A DNA stretch of 64,000 nt from an uncultured Collinsella sp. (GCA_900549745.1 URPJ01000010.1:5220-69219); one strand, 5' to 3'. Shown: positions 1 through 11,087, counted from the stretch's first letter. A program made the numbers and translations. The notes: generated by a model not told the origin, from the sequence alone.

Positions 1-1438
<1,438 letters not shown>

Positions 1439-1443
1439 GGCAC

Positions 1444-4400
1444 TTACGCCTCCTTCTTGGTCGAAGCAACAGAGCTGGCAGCCACGGACGCAGCGCCCGC
1501 AGCACCGCCCGCGACATCAAAGCGAGCGACATCCGCGGCGCTCGCGCGACCGGTCACAATGTCAAACGCCAGCTCCTCAGCCTGCGCATGCGTCTTGCCC
1601 ACGGCCTCGGCGGCGGCGACAATCGCCAGCACGCGCTCGTACTCGGTCGGAATGACCTTCACAAAGTGCTTGCTCATCGTCTCAAAGCTGTAGAGCAACT
1701 TAATGCCGCGCGGGCTCTGCGTCGCGTCCACGTGCTCCTGGATAAGCTCGCGAATCTGCGCCAGCTCGCCGGCCGTCGGGGCCTTGAGCTCAACGCTCTC
1801 GTGGTTCACGCGGGCGTCGAGCGTGCCATATTGGTCAAAAACGTAGGCCACGCCGCCTGTCATGCCGGCGGCAAAATTCTGCCCGACCTCGCCCAGGATG
1901 AGCGCCAGACCGCCCGTCATGTACTCGCAGCCATGGTTGCCGCAGCCCTCGACCACCACGGTGGCACCGGAGTTGCGCACGGCAAAACGCTGGCCGGCAA
2001 GACCGTTAATGAAGCCGCGCCCGCTCGTGGCACCAAAGAACGCAACGTTGCCCACGATGATGTTCTCGTCGAACTTGTAGGTCGCATGCGGGTTGGGGCG
2101 CACCGACACCTCGCCGCCCGAAAGGCCCTTGCCAAAGTAGTCGTTGGCGTCGCCGCACACGTTGAGCGTAATGCCGCGCGGCAGGAAGGCGCCAAAGCTC
2201 TGACCGGCCGAACCGTCGCAATCGATGGTGATGGAGCCGGTGGGCAGGCCCTCGGGATGCGCCTTGGTCACCGCGTTGCCCAAGATGGTGCCCACGCAGC
2301 GGTTGACGTTGGCGATATCGGCGCGGAAGCGAATCGGACGCAGGTGCGCACGGGCATCGGCCGTATAGGGCACAAACAACGTGGAGTCGAGCGTCTTGTC
2401 GAGCTCGCTGTCCGCGGCCATCTGCGGCAGGAAGTGGCGACCGTCGGCGCCCGGAATATGCGCACCGAACTCGCAGGTCGCGCTCGCCAGCACGGGCGAC
2501 AGATCGAGCAGGTTTGCTTTGCGGTTGCCCGGGACCTCGATCTGGCGCAAGCACTCGGGATGGCCGACCATCTCGTCGACGGTGCGGAAGCCCAGACTCG
2601 CCATGACCTCGCGCAACTGCTCGGCAACAAAGAGCATAAAGTGCTCAACGTGCTCGGGCTTGCCGCGGAAGCCGCGACGCAGGCGGCAGTTTTGCGTAGC
2701 GATGCCGGCCGGGCAGGTGTCCTGCTGGCAGTCGCGCTGCATGAGGCAGCCCATCGAGATGAGCGGCATGGTCGCAAAGCCAAACTCCTCGGCGCCCAGC
2801 AAGCAGGCGACGGCGACATCGGTGCCGTCCATGAGCTTGCCGTCGGCCTCGAGCACCACGCGCGAGCGCAGGCCGTTTTGCAGCAGCGTCTGCTGGGCCT
2901 CGGCAAGGCCAAGCTCCAGCGGCAGACCGGCGTGCCAGATCGAATCACGCGCCGCGGCACCGGAGCCGCCGTTGTGGCCGCTGATCAAGATCTTGTCGGC
3001 GGCACCCTTGGCCACACCGGTGGCGATGGTGCCGACACCGGCCTCGCTGACCAGCTTGACCGACACGCGAGCGCCGGGGTTGGCGTTCTTAAGATCGAAG
3101 ATCAGCTCTGCCAGGTCCTCGATGGAGTAGATGTCGTGGTGCGGCGGAGGCGAGATCAGGCCGATGCCGGGCGTGGACTGACGGACCTCGGAAATCCAGG
3201 GGTAGACCTTCTTTCCGGGCAGGTGGCCACCCTCGCCAGGCTTGGCGCCCTGGGCCATCTTGATCTGAATCTCGAAGGCGCTGCACAGGTAGCGGCTCGT
3301 CACGCCAAAGCGCGCGCTTGCCACCTGCTTGATCGCGGAGTTCTTGGAGTCGCCGTTGGTCAGCGGGGTCTCGCGACGCGGGTCCTCGCCGCCCTCGCCC
3401 GAGTTGGAGCGGCCGTGTAGGCGGTTCATGGCGATGGCCATGCACTCGTGTGCCTCTTTGCTGATGGAGCCATACGACATGGCGCCGGTGTTAAAGCGGC
3501 GGACGATGTTGAGCGCGGGCTCGACCTCGTCGAGTGCCACCGGCGTGCGACCGTTGGCATTAAAGTCGAGCAAGTCGCGCAGGCGAACGGCACGGCCGGT
3601 GCGGTGCAGGCGGGCGCTGTACTCCTTAAAGGTGTCGTAGCTGTCCTCACGGCAGGCGGTCTGCAGCAAGTAGACAGTCTGCGGATCGATGAGGTGATCC
3701 TCGCCGCCAAGCGGGCGCCACTTGGTCAGGCCCAGCGTGGGCAGTTGATCGGGAGCCGGGCTCTTAAGGATAGCGAGCGCGGCGTCGTAGCGCTCGTTTT
3801 GCTCGCGCTCAACGTCCTCAACGCCCATACCGCCCACACGGCTCACCGTGCCAGCGAAGTACGCGTTGACGAACTCCGGCGTAAAGCCGACGGCCTCAAA
3901 GATTTGCGCGGAGTGGTAGCTCTGCACCGTGGAGATGCCCATCTTGGACATGATGGAGACGATGCCCGCCGTCGCGGCCTTGTTGTAATTGGCGATGCCC
4001 TGCTCGGCCGTCACGTCCAAGTCGCCGCGTGCCGCCAGATTGCGGATGCACGCATGCGCGTTGTACGGGTAGATACCGCTTGCGGAGTAGCCCACCAGCG
4101 CCGCAAAGTCGTGCGGAGACACGGCATCGCCGCACTCCACCACGATATCGGCAAAGGTGCGCACGCCGGCACGGATCAGGTGGTTGTGCACGCAGCCCAC
4201 GGCGAGCAGCGACGGCACGGGCACCTCGCCCGCAGCGGCACGGTCGCTCAGCACCACGATGTTCACGCCATCGCGAACCGCAGCCTCGACGTCTTCGGCA
4301 AGCTGCTTGAGCGCAGCCTGCAGCGCGCCCTCACCCGCGTCGCGACGGTACACGGCACGGAACCGGCGGGTCTTAAAGCCAACACGGTCAATCGCGCAAA

Positions 4401-6141
4401 TGTGGTCGAACTCCTCCTCGCTCAGCAGCGGGCGCTCCAAGCGCACCAGCTGACAGGCCGTGCGGGAATCCTCGAGCAGGTTGCCGTGGTTGCCCAGGTA
4501 GAGCGTGGTCGAGGTGACCATATGCTCGCGCAGGGCGTCGATCGGCGGGTTCGTGACCTGGGCGAACAGCTGATAGAAGTAGTCAAAGAACGAACGCGTC
4601 TTCTTGGACAGGCAGGCCAGCGGCGCATCGATACCCATCGAGGCGAGCGGTGCCTTGCCCTGCTGGGCCATGGGGCGCACGACCTCGTCAACATCATCCC
4701 AGTGATAGCCGAGCTTGGCCATACGCACGGCGGTAGGCACCTCGTCGTCCTCGGCGGGCGTCGCCGCGGCGGGCTTGTCGAGCGCGTCGACCGTCAGCGT
4801 CTCCTCGGCAATCCAATCACGGTAGGGCTTTTCCTTGGCGTAACGGGCGCGCAGCTCGTCGTTGTAGATCACGCGGCCGCGGGCAAAGTCGACCTCGAGC
4901 ATCTGGCCCGGTCCCAGGCAGCCGCTCGTCAGGATGTTCTCGGGGCTCACCTCGATGGTGCCCACCTCGCTCGCCAGCATAAAGCGGCCGTCGCGCGTCA
5001 CATAGTAGCGGGCGGGACGCAGGCCGTTACGGTCGAGGGCGGCACCCAGCGTGCGACCGTCGGTAAAGGCGATGGCCGCCGGGCCATCCCACGGCTCCAT
5101 GAGCATGGACTGATAGGCGTCGTAGGCGCGGCGCTCCTCACTCAGGCTGTCGTTGTGATCCCACGGCTCGGGCAGCAACATGGACGCGGCACGCGTGAGC
5201 GGACGGCCGTTCATGACCAGGAACTCGAGCACGTTATCCAGAATCGCGGAGTCGGAACCCTCGCGGTTGATGATGGGCATCACGCGCTCAAGATCGTGCT
5301 GCAGCACGGGGCTGTACAGGTTGGGCTCGCGGGCGCGGATCCAGTTGACGTTGCCCTTGAGGGTGTTGATCTCGCCGTTGTGGATGATAAAGCGGTTGGG
5401 GTGCGCGCGCTCCCAGCTGGGCGTGGTGTTGGTGGAGTAGCGCGAGTGGACGAGCGCCACGGCCGTCTTGACGGCGGCGTCGTTGAGGTCGATGAAGAAG
5501 CGGCGCATCTGCGTGGCGACCAGCATGCCCTTGTACACGATGGTGCGCGAGCTCATGGAGCACACATAGAAGATCTTGTCGCGCAGGGCAAACTCGGCGT
5601 CGGCCTTCTTTTCGATGGTGCGGCGGCACACGTACAGGCGACGCTCAAAGGCGTCGCCCGCCGGCGTGTCGTCGGGACGGCCCAGAAAGGCCTGCAGGAT
5701 GGTAGGCATACAGGCGCGGGCCGTCTCGCCCAGGTCGTGCGGATCGACCGGCACCTCGCGCCAAAAGAGCAGCGGCACGCCGGCCTCGGCACAGCCCTCC
5801 TCAAACACGCGGCGGGCATCCTCTACGCCCTTGTCGTCCTGCGGGAAGAACAGCATGGCCACGCCATAGTCGCCCTCTGCCGGCAGAATCTGGCCGCACT
5901 TTTGGGCCTCTTTACGGAAAAAGTGATGCGGAACCTGGAACAGGATGCCAGCGCCGTCGCCGGTGTTCTTCTCGAGTCCCGTGCCGCCGCGGTGCTCCAA
6001 GTTGACCAGAATGGACAGTGCATCGTCCAGAATCTGGTGATGGCGCTCGCCGTTGATATCGGCAAGTGCGCCGATGCCACATGCATCGTGGTCGAATTCG
6101 GGGCGATAAAGGCCCTGCTGCTGAGCGGAATCTGCCTGCAT
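1444..6141 (-). CDS. gltB: Glutamate synthase large subunit
   Basis: 1565 aa. DACGIG Ntn-amidotransferase start, HSRYSTNT, IKMAQGAKPGEGGHLPG, CxxxxxCxxxxCP 3Fe-4S motif, C-terminal GXGXG domain. Confidence 0.98.
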   Translation of the reverse strand: MQADSAQQQGLYRPEFDHDACGIGALADINGERHHQILDDALSILVNLEHRGGTGLEKNTGDGAGILFQVPHHFFRKEAQKCGQILPAEGDYGVAMLFFPQDDKGVEDARRVFEEGCAEAGVPLLFWREVPVDPHDLGETARACMPTILQAFLGRPDDTPAGDAFERRLYVCRRTIEKKADAEFALRDKIFYVCSMSSRTIVYKGMLVATQMRRFFIDLNDAAVKTAVALVHSRYSTNTTPSWERAHPNRFIIHNGEINTLKGNVNWIRAREPNLYSPVLQHDLERVMPIINREGSDSAILDNVLEFLVMNGRPLTRAASMLLPEPWDHNDSLSEERRAYDAYQSMLMEPWDGPAAIAFTDGRTLGAALDRNGLRPARYYVTRDGRFMLASEVGTIEVSPENILTSGCLGPGQMLEVDFARGRVIYNDELRARYAKEKPYRDWIAEETLTVDALDKPAAATPAEDDEVPTAVRMAKLGYHWDDVDEVVRPMAQQGKAPLASMGIDAPLACLSKKTRSFFDYFYQLFAQVTNPPIDALREHMVTSTTLYLGNHGNLLEDSRTACQLVRLERPLLSEEEFDHICAIDRVGFKTRRFRAVYRRDAGEGALQAALKQLAEDVEAAVRDGVNIVVLSDRAAAGEVPVPSLLAVGCVHNHLIRAGVRTFADIVVECGDAVSPHDFAALVGYSASGIYPYNAHACIRNLAARGDLDVTAEQGIANYNKAATAGIVSIMSKMGISTVQSYHSAQIFEAVGFTPEFVNAYFAGTVSRVGGMGVEDVEREQNERYDAALAILKSPAPDQLPTLGLTKWRPLGGEDHLIDPQTVYLLQTACREDSYDTFKEYSARLHRTGRAVRLRDLLDFNANGRTPVALDEVEPALNIVRRFNTGAMSYGSISKEAHECMAIAMNRLHGRSNSGEGGEDPRRETPLTNGDSKNSAIKQVASARFGVTSRYLCSAFEIQIKMAQGAKPGEGGHLPGKKVYPWISEVRQSTPGIGLISPPPHHDIYSIEDLAELIFDLKNANPGARVSVKLVSEAGVGTIATGVAKGAADKILISGHNGGSGAAARDSIWHAGLPLELGLAEAQQTLLQNGLRSRVVLEADGKLMDGTDVAVACLLGAEEFGFATMPLISMGCLMQRDCQQDTCPAGIATQNCRLRRGFRGKPEHVEHFMLFVAEQLREVMASLGFRTVDEMVGHPECLRQIEVPGNRKANLLDLSPVLASATCEFGAHIPGADGRHFLPQMAADSELDKTLDSTLFVPYTADARAHLRPIRFRADIANVNRCVGTILGNAVTKAHPEGLPTGSITIDCDGSAGQSFGAFLPRGITLNVCGDANDYFGKGLSGGEVSVRPNPHATYKFDENIIVGNVAFFGATSGRGFINGLAGQRFAVRNSGATVVVEGCGNHGCEYMTGGLALILGEVGQNFAAGMTGGVAYVFDQYGTLDARVNHESVELKAPTAGELAQIRELIQEHVDATQSPRGIKLLYSFETMSKHFVKVIPTEYERVLAIVAAAEAVGKTHAQAEELAFDIVTGRASAADVARFDVAGGAAGAASVAASSVASTKKEA

Positions 6142-6326
6142 CGCGATCCTCCCCTAGATATTTAGACAGTCAGTTGACTAGGCATACTAGGAGCATCGCC
6201 GGCCCGTTGTGTTTCCCACCCGTTTCGAAACAATCGCGTAACGCGCGCCCTACGAGTGGACACCGCCGACCTCAAGGGCGACAACATAGGCCCCAAGTTC
6301 GGCCTGTAAGCTCACTGCTTCAAACA

Positions 6327-6541
6327 TCTCAATCTGTAACAGTAAGACCCAATTTCGACGACTAACTGTTACAGATCAAGATGTTTTCGAGAGACGGTTC
6401 CGAATGTCTCAATCTGTAACACGAAGGGTCAGTTTTGGCGGTCAGCTGTTACAGATCGAGATTTTCCATAGGACCATTTCTTCCTGTCTTGATCTGTAAC
6501 ACCTAGACCCAATTTCCATCCCCAGTTGTTACAGATCAAGA
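6327..6541. repeat. Phased array of 3 palindromic units, exact 80-bp period
   Basis: TCTYRATCTGTAACA starts at 6327, 6407 and 6487. Its reverse complement TGTTACAGATCRAGA starts at 6367, 6447 and 6527. All gaps are 25 nt. Confidence 0.95.
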
Positions 6542-6587
6542 CATTTCGGCAACCCCCTTCCTCATCCTATTCAAATACAGCTATTTT

Positions 6588-6603
6588 GTTAGTCTTGGTT
6601 AAC
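6588..6603. promoter_or_regulatory. Putative DtxR/MntR-family operator upstream of the NRAMP gene
   Basis: GTTAGTCTTGGTTAAC is an imperfect palindrome resembling TTAG-N6-CTAA boxes of DtxR-family Mn/Fe repressors. It lies 60 bp before the ATG. Confidence 0.5.
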
Positions 6604-6662
6604 TTCGAGCCTAAAACGGGTATCCTTTGCGGCGTCAAGCAAACGGCACGCAGGAGCGCACC

Positions 6663-7919
6663 ATGATTAACCATCTCAAACATCATTTTGGTTCCCGGCG
6701 CACCGGCGGTCACGGAGGCCTAGACATTGCACGGCATATCGGCCCTGGGCTGCTCGTGACCGTCGGCTTTATCGACCCGGGCAATTGGGCCTCCAACATG
6801 GCCGCCGGCTCGCAGTTTGGCTACGCGCTGCTGTGGATCGTCACGCTGTCCACGATCATGCTCATCGTGCTGCAGCACAACGCGGCGCACCTGGGCATCG
6901 CCACGGGCACGTGTCTTGCCGAGGCCACGACACGTTATCTCCCCCGCTTCGTTGGGCGCACGGTGCTCGCCAGTGCCTATCTCGCGACCATCGCCACCGC
7001 CATGGCCGAAGTCCTAGGTGGTGCGATTGCCCTTCAGATGCTCTTTGGGCTGCCCGTGCGCGCGGGCTGCGTCATCGTGGCGGCAGTATCGATGGCGATG
7101 CTCATGACAAGCTCCTACAAGCGCGCCGAACGCTGGATCATCGCCTTCGTAGGCGTGGTAGGACTCTCGTTTTTAGCCGAGCTTGCACTAGTCAAGGTCG
7201 ACTGGCCGCAAGCCGCCACAAGCTGGATCACACCCAGTATGCCCACCGGCTCGGCCGCGATTATCGTAAGTGTCCTAGGCGCGGTCGTTATGCCCCACAA
7301 CCTCTTCCTGCACTCCGAGGTCATCCAATCCATGCACTTCGAAGGCCAAGGCGAGCAGGTTATCGAAGAACGTCTGCGCTACGAGCTCTTCGACACGCTC
7401 TTTTCGATGGGCGTGGGCTGGGCAATCAACTCGGCCATGGTCATCCTGGCCGCAACGACCTTCTTTGCGCATGGCATTGTCGTAGACGACCTCGCCGTCG
7501 CAGCGGCCACGCTCTCCCCCATTCTGGGTCCGGCAAGCTCGACCATCTTTGCCGTGGCGCTGCTGTTTGCGGGCCTCTCGAGTAGTGTGACGGCGGGCAT
7601 GGCGGCGGGCACCATCACCGCGGGCATGTTCGACGAGGAATACGACATCCACGACCGACATTCCTCGATTGGAGTGGCGACCTGTTTCGTCGGCGCAGTG
7701 GCGGCGTGTCTGGTCGTCCCGAATCCTTTTGAGGGTCTCATCTGGAGTCAGGCACTGCTGTCGCTTCAGCTGCCGATTACGGTCTTTGTGCTCATACGAC
7801 TCACCAGCTCACGCCGCGTCATGGGCAAATACGCCAACTCGCGCCCGCTCAACACGCTGCTCGTAGGAATCGGTGCCATCGTGACGATTCTCGATGTCGT
7901 GCTGTTGACCGGGATGTAA
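6663..7919 (+). CDS. mntH: NRAMP family divalent metal (Mn2+/Fe2+) transporter
   Basis: DPGN (TM1) and VMPHNLFLHS (TM6) signatures, many TM helices. Start moved to ATG 6663 after the AGGAG RBS. Confidence 0.9.
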   Translation: MINHLKHHFGSRRTGGHGGLDIARHIGPGLLVTVGFIDPGNWASNMAAGSQFGYALLWIVTLSTIMLIVLQHNAAHLGIATGTCLAEATTRYLPRFVGRTVLASAYLATIATAMAEVLGGAIALQMLFGLPVRAGCVIVAAVSMAMLMTSSYKRAERWIIAFVGVVGLSFLAELALVKVDWPQAATSWITPSMPTGSAAIIVSVLGAVVMPHNLFLHSEVIQSMHFEGQGEQVIEERLRYELFDTLFSMGVGWAINSAMVILAATTFFAHGIVVDDLAVAAATLSPILGPASSTIFAVALLFAGLSSSVTAGMAAGTITAGMFDEEYDIHDRHSSIGVATCFVGAVAACLVVPNPFEGLIWSQALLSLQLPITVFVLIRLTSSRRVMGKYANSRPLNTLLVGIGAIVTILDVVLLTGM

Positions 7920-7947
7920 TGGGACGGGGCACCTACCCAGGCAAACG

Positions 7948-8082
7948 TCTCGATCTGTAACATCTAGACCCGATTTTGATGTCTAGATGTTACAGATCGA
8001 GATCATTTCTTCAGCTCCAACTTTTTGTCTCAATCTGTAACAGGAATACCCGTTTTGAGCCGTTAGATGTTACAGATTAAGA
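7948..8082. repeat. Phased array of 2 palindromic units, 80-bp period, same family as 6327-6541
   Basis: Forward arms at 7948 and 8028, reverse arms at 7988 and 8068, 25-nt gaps. Confidence 0.95.
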
Positions 8083-8151
8083 CAAAAGGTCGGCCGGACT
8101 CACGACGGACAGGATCGGCTAACTGCAGCCGTAATCTCTTGGGGACGGAGG

Positions 8152-8189
8152 AAAAAGGGCCCCGGCCGGGATGACCGACCGGGGTCCTT
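8152..8189 (-). terminator. Intrinsic terminator after rubredoxin
   Basis: GGGCCCCGGCCGG/CCGACCGGGGTCC stem with an A5 run, which reads as a U-tract on the minus strand. Confidence 0.6.
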
Positions 8190-8228
8190 GGACAGAGCTA
8201 TGTTCGGCTTTCGCCGTGTGCCTGCGAG

Positions 8229-8372
8229 CTACTCCTCGACGAGCTCAAACTGATCGGGACCGACGCCGCACACCGGGCATACGTAGTCCTCGGGCAGCTC
8301 GGGCGTGTCGGCCTCAACCTCGTAACCGCAAACGGTGCACACGAACTTATACGTCTTCTTCTCCTCAGCCAT
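8229..8372 (-). CDS. Rubredoxin-like protein (47 aa)
   Basis: Below the ORF-track cutoff. [47 protein letters not shown] has two CxxCG motifs. GAGGAG RBS upstream. Confidence 0.92.
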   Translation of the reverse strand: MAEEKKTYKFVCTVCGYEVEADTPELPEDYVCPVCGVGPDQFELVEE

Positions 8373-8460
8373 GATGTTCTCCTCTCGAACGTGACTGCCG
8401 GTGTACTTGCTTATTAGTATATATTCTCAATAATATTATGCAAGTAGTTTTGCAGCATTT

Positions 8461-8964
8461 CTACCCTTGGTACGAAGACGCCTTCGGAGGCGTCTTGCCC
8501 TTCAGTACCTTGTGGTAGTAGTCATAGGTCAACGGTGTCTCGCCGCTCAGACGCTCGGCATCCTCAACCTCGCCGATAAACAGCAGGTGCGTGCCCGCGT
8601 CCACGGTGTCGATCAGACGGCAACTAAACAGCGCTGCCGCGTGCTCGGGCACATAGGGCATGCCAAGGGCAGTCTCGCGGGTCTCGTACTTGGCAAACTT
8701 GTCATAGTCGCTGCTGGTGCGGAACCCAAAGTTACCGATGTAGAGCATATCGGCCGTCTGGTCGATCACGGTCAGCGCAAAGGCCTTGGCGGACGAGATA
8801 ACACCAGACGTGACATTTTCCTTATTCACGGCAACCGAGATGCGCGGCGGCGTAGACGTCACCTGCACCGCCGTGTTGATGACGCAGCCGGCGCGCAGTC
8901 CATCGGCCGCGGCGCTCACCACATACAGGCCGCTCGGCATCGTAAAGAACGCAGTTTTATCCAT
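8461..8964 (-). CDS. Flavin reductase-like FMN-binding protein
   Basis: MDKTAFFTMPSGLYVVS...NFGFRTS...DAGTHLLFIGEV...PLTYDYYH. Start reassigned to ATG 8964 after a GGGAG RBS. Confidence 0.88.
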   Translation of the reverse strand: MDKTAFFTMPSGLYVVSAAADGLRAGCVINTAVQVTSTPPRISVAVNKENVTSGVISSAKAFALTVIDQTADMLYIGNFGFRTSSDYDKFAKYETRETALGMPYVPEHAAALFSCRLIDTVDAGTHLLFIGEVEDAERLSGETPLTYDYYHKVLKGKTPPKASSYQG

Positions 8965-9015
8965 AACGATCACTCCCCTAACCCGGGTTGGAACCTCATG
9001 GAAGTATGTACCCAC

Positions 9016-9049
9016 AAAAAAGGCGGCGCCCATAACGGATGCCGCCTTT
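9016..9049 (-). terminator. Intrinsic terminator after smpB
   Basis: AAAAAAGGCGGC...GCCGCCTTT hairpin. Confidence 0.7.
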
Positions 9050-9091
9050 GAGACATATGTGTCAGAACAGTAAGCAAGATGAGACGCCCAC

Positions 9092-9158
9092 AGTTGCGGT
9101 GAAATAGAGACTGAATAGCCCCTCAAACAGGCAAAACAGTCCGTATTCCACCGCAACT
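9092..9158. repeat. 67-bp palindromic dispersed repeat, copy 1
   Basis: AGTTGCGGTGAAATAGAGACTG...CAGTCCGTATTCCACCGCAACT. Homologous copies at 55538 and 58323. Confidence 0.9.
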
Positions 9159-9170
9159 TATGAAGGGTGG

Positions 9171-9641
9171 TCAGCGGTTGCGTTCCTTGAGCGCACGATC
9201 GATCTCGCGCTGGACGTCGCGTTTTGCCATGTCTTCGCGCTTGTCGTAGAGCTTTTTTCCGCGGCCCAGGCCCAGCAGCAGCTTTACGCGGCCGTCGGTA
9301 TTAAAGTAGAGCTCCAACGGCACCAGCGCATAGCCGCGGTTGCGCAGTTTGCCGTCAAGAAAATCGATCTCCTTGCGATGCAGCAGCAGGCGGCGCCGGC
9401 GATCGGGATCACGGTTCCACACGCCACCATGGCTGTAAGGGTGAATATGCAACCCCACCAGCCAGCACTCGCCGCCGCGAATCAGCGCAAAAGTGTCAGT
9501 GATCTGACAGGCGCGCTCGCGAATCGACTTGACCTCGGTACCGCTCAGTTCAATGCCACATTCGAACGTCTCGTCGATAAAGTACTCGTGATGCGCCGAG
9601 CGATTCTTGGAAATGAGCTTGCGTTCGCGCTTACTGGGCAT
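9171..9641 (-). CDS. smpB: SsrA-binding protein
   Basis: KNRSAHHEY, GIELSGTEVKSIR, RRLLLHRKEI, GKKLYDKRE motifs. Start at ATG 9641. Confidence 0.97.
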   Translation of the reverse strand: MPSKRERKLISKNRSAHHEYFIDETFECGIELSGTEVKSIRERACQITDTFALIRGGECWLVGLHIHPYSHGGVWNRDPDRRRRLLLHRKEIDFLDGKLRNRGYALVPLELYFNTDGRVKLLLGLGRGKKLYDKREDMAKRDVQREIDRALKERNR

Positions 9642-10548
9642 CGCCGGCCTCCTTGACGCCGTCGGCCCCCTTGTCGTCGCCCGCGCGCTTTGCCTTGCGC
9701 TCGGCGTTGAGCTCGGCATCGCTCTCGCGCACCAGCTTAATGATCGCCGCGCATGCCTCCTCGCCCACCAGATCGCGGGCACGGACCGTCAGGCGCGTAG
9801 CCTCCTGCTTATCACCGTCGCTCGCAGCGTCGGTCGCACACATAATCAGGCAAATGGCAATCTCGGCCGAAGGCGAGGTCGGTACGCCCTGCAACGCCAG
9901 CTCGCCCATCACGTGCTCGTCGCTCTCCTCGGCGGCATCGGGATAGGCAGTATGAATCTTGTTGAGCAGGCGTGTCGTATGCGTATCGCCAGGGGCCAAG
10001 CGCAGCGCCAGGCGCGCGCAAGCCACGGCCGCCGAGACGTTCTCGGTCTCGGGCTCAAGGAAATACTGGCCCAAGTTGGCGTAGGCGCGGGCGGCGCACT
10101 TGCCGTCGCTCGCACGCTCTAACACCGAAAACGAAAGCGAAGCCCACTCCTGCTTGTCCTCGAGGGCGCGGAATAGCTCGGCAAGATCCAGGCGGTAGTT
10201 GCAGTTCATGGGGTCCCAGCGCACGGCTTGCATCAAGGCGTTGCGAGCACTCACATAATCCTGCTGGCGAATGTAGGCAAACGCCATGTCGGAATACAGG
10301 CGATCAAAGGGCACCTCGACCTGCACCAGCTCGCGCGGATCCTTTTCCACGCGGCGGTAGGCCAGACGCTCAAACTTGCTATCGAAGCTAAAGTACTGGC
10401 GGTTCTCCTCCGTCTTGCACTCGGCGTCGATATACTCCTCGGCGAGCTCAACCAGACGCTCCAACAGCGGCGTCGCCGTTGCCAAGTCTCCCTGCGCCAG
10501 GTAATTCTCGGCATACGTAATGTCTTGTAGGCTGATGGGCAGATCCAT
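9631..10548 (-). CDS. Tetratricopeptide-repeat-like helical protein
   Basis: TPR-like segments (YSDMAFAYIRQQDYVSARNALMQAVRWDP; AYANLGQY). Overlaps the smpB start. Confidence 0.7.
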   Translation of the reverse strand: MDLPISLQDITYAENYLAQGDLATATPLLERLVELAEEYIDAECKTEENRQYFSFDSKFERLAYRRVEKDPRELVQVEVPFDRLYSDMAFAYIRQQDYVSARNALMQAVRWDPMNCNYRLDLAELFRALEDKQEWASLSFSVLERASDGKCAARAYANLGQYFLEPETENVSAAVACARLALRLAPGDTHTTRLLNKIHTAYPDAAEESDEHVMGELALQGVPTSPSAEIAICLIMCATDAASDGDKQEATRLTVRARDLVGEEACAAIIKLVRESDAELNAERKAKRAGDDKGADGVKEAGDAQ

Positions 10549-10643
10549 GGCAACTCCTCGGTCCGGGTGAAACGCGGCTCATTCCACACATGCGGCGTAT
10601 ACACAAAACCCGGGTCTCTTGCGAGGCCCGGGCGTTCATTTTG

Positions 10644-10720
10644 TGGTAGCCCGTACCAGATTCGAACTGGTGATCTCCGCCTTGAGAGGGCGGCGTCCTA
10701 AACCGCTAGACGAACGGGCC
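10644..10720 (-). tRNA. tRNA-Glu(CTC)
   Basis: GGCCCGTTCGTCTAGCGGTTTAGGACGCCGCCCT-CTC-AAGGCGG...GTTCGAATC...ACGGGCTACCA folds as a cloverleaf with encoded CCA. Confidence 0.96.
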
Positions 10721-10737
10721 ATATGTAGCAAATGCAA

Positions 10738-10811
10738 TGGCTGGGATGGAGGGAGTCGAACCCCCATTGACGGAACCAGAATCCGCTGTCCTGCCATTAG
10801 ACGACATCCCA
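10738..10811 (-). tRNA. tRNA-Gln(CTG)
   Basis: TGGGATGTCGTCTAATGGCAGGACAGCGGATT-CTG-GTTCCGTCAATGGGGGTTCGACTCCCTCCATCCCAGCCA. Confidence 0.96.
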
Positions 10812-10855
10812 ATGACTGCATCGCTGCGCTCGGCTGTGCCTTTGCGCAAGAAAGA

Positions 10856-10884
10856 AATATACGGGAAGTCTCGCCGTGACGCAA
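10856..10884 (-). promoter_or_regulatory. Sigma70-type promoter of the tRNA-Gln/Glu operon
   Basis: TTGCGT-N17-TATATT on the minus strand, with an AT-rich upstream tract. Confidence 0.6.
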
Positions 10885-11087
10885 GCCCCAATTTTGACTT
10901 TTTTGAAATTCAGTCAAATTGGCCTAATTTAGTCCAACCCGTGAAGGACCTGTGAAGCCGACCGCTGTACACGAAGGGCAAAACACCGCGAGCGGTAGCC
11001 GTCAACCGTTGGCAGATTCTACCGCGAAAACGATAGCACCAGGCAACACAATCGAAGTATCAATGATCGCGTAGATATCGAGGTACC

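Noticed and set aside
6327..6541. GlnR/TnrA nitrogen boxes for gltB, or integron attC sites
   Set aside because: Half-site spacing does not fit TGTNA-N7-TNACA. The same array also occurs downstream of mntH. The RYYYAAC/GTTRRRY geometry of attC is not met and no integrase is present.
6327..8082. CRISPR array
   Set aside because: Repeats alternate in orientation and are only 15 bp. Inner spacers are related to each other, and no cas genes are in the window.
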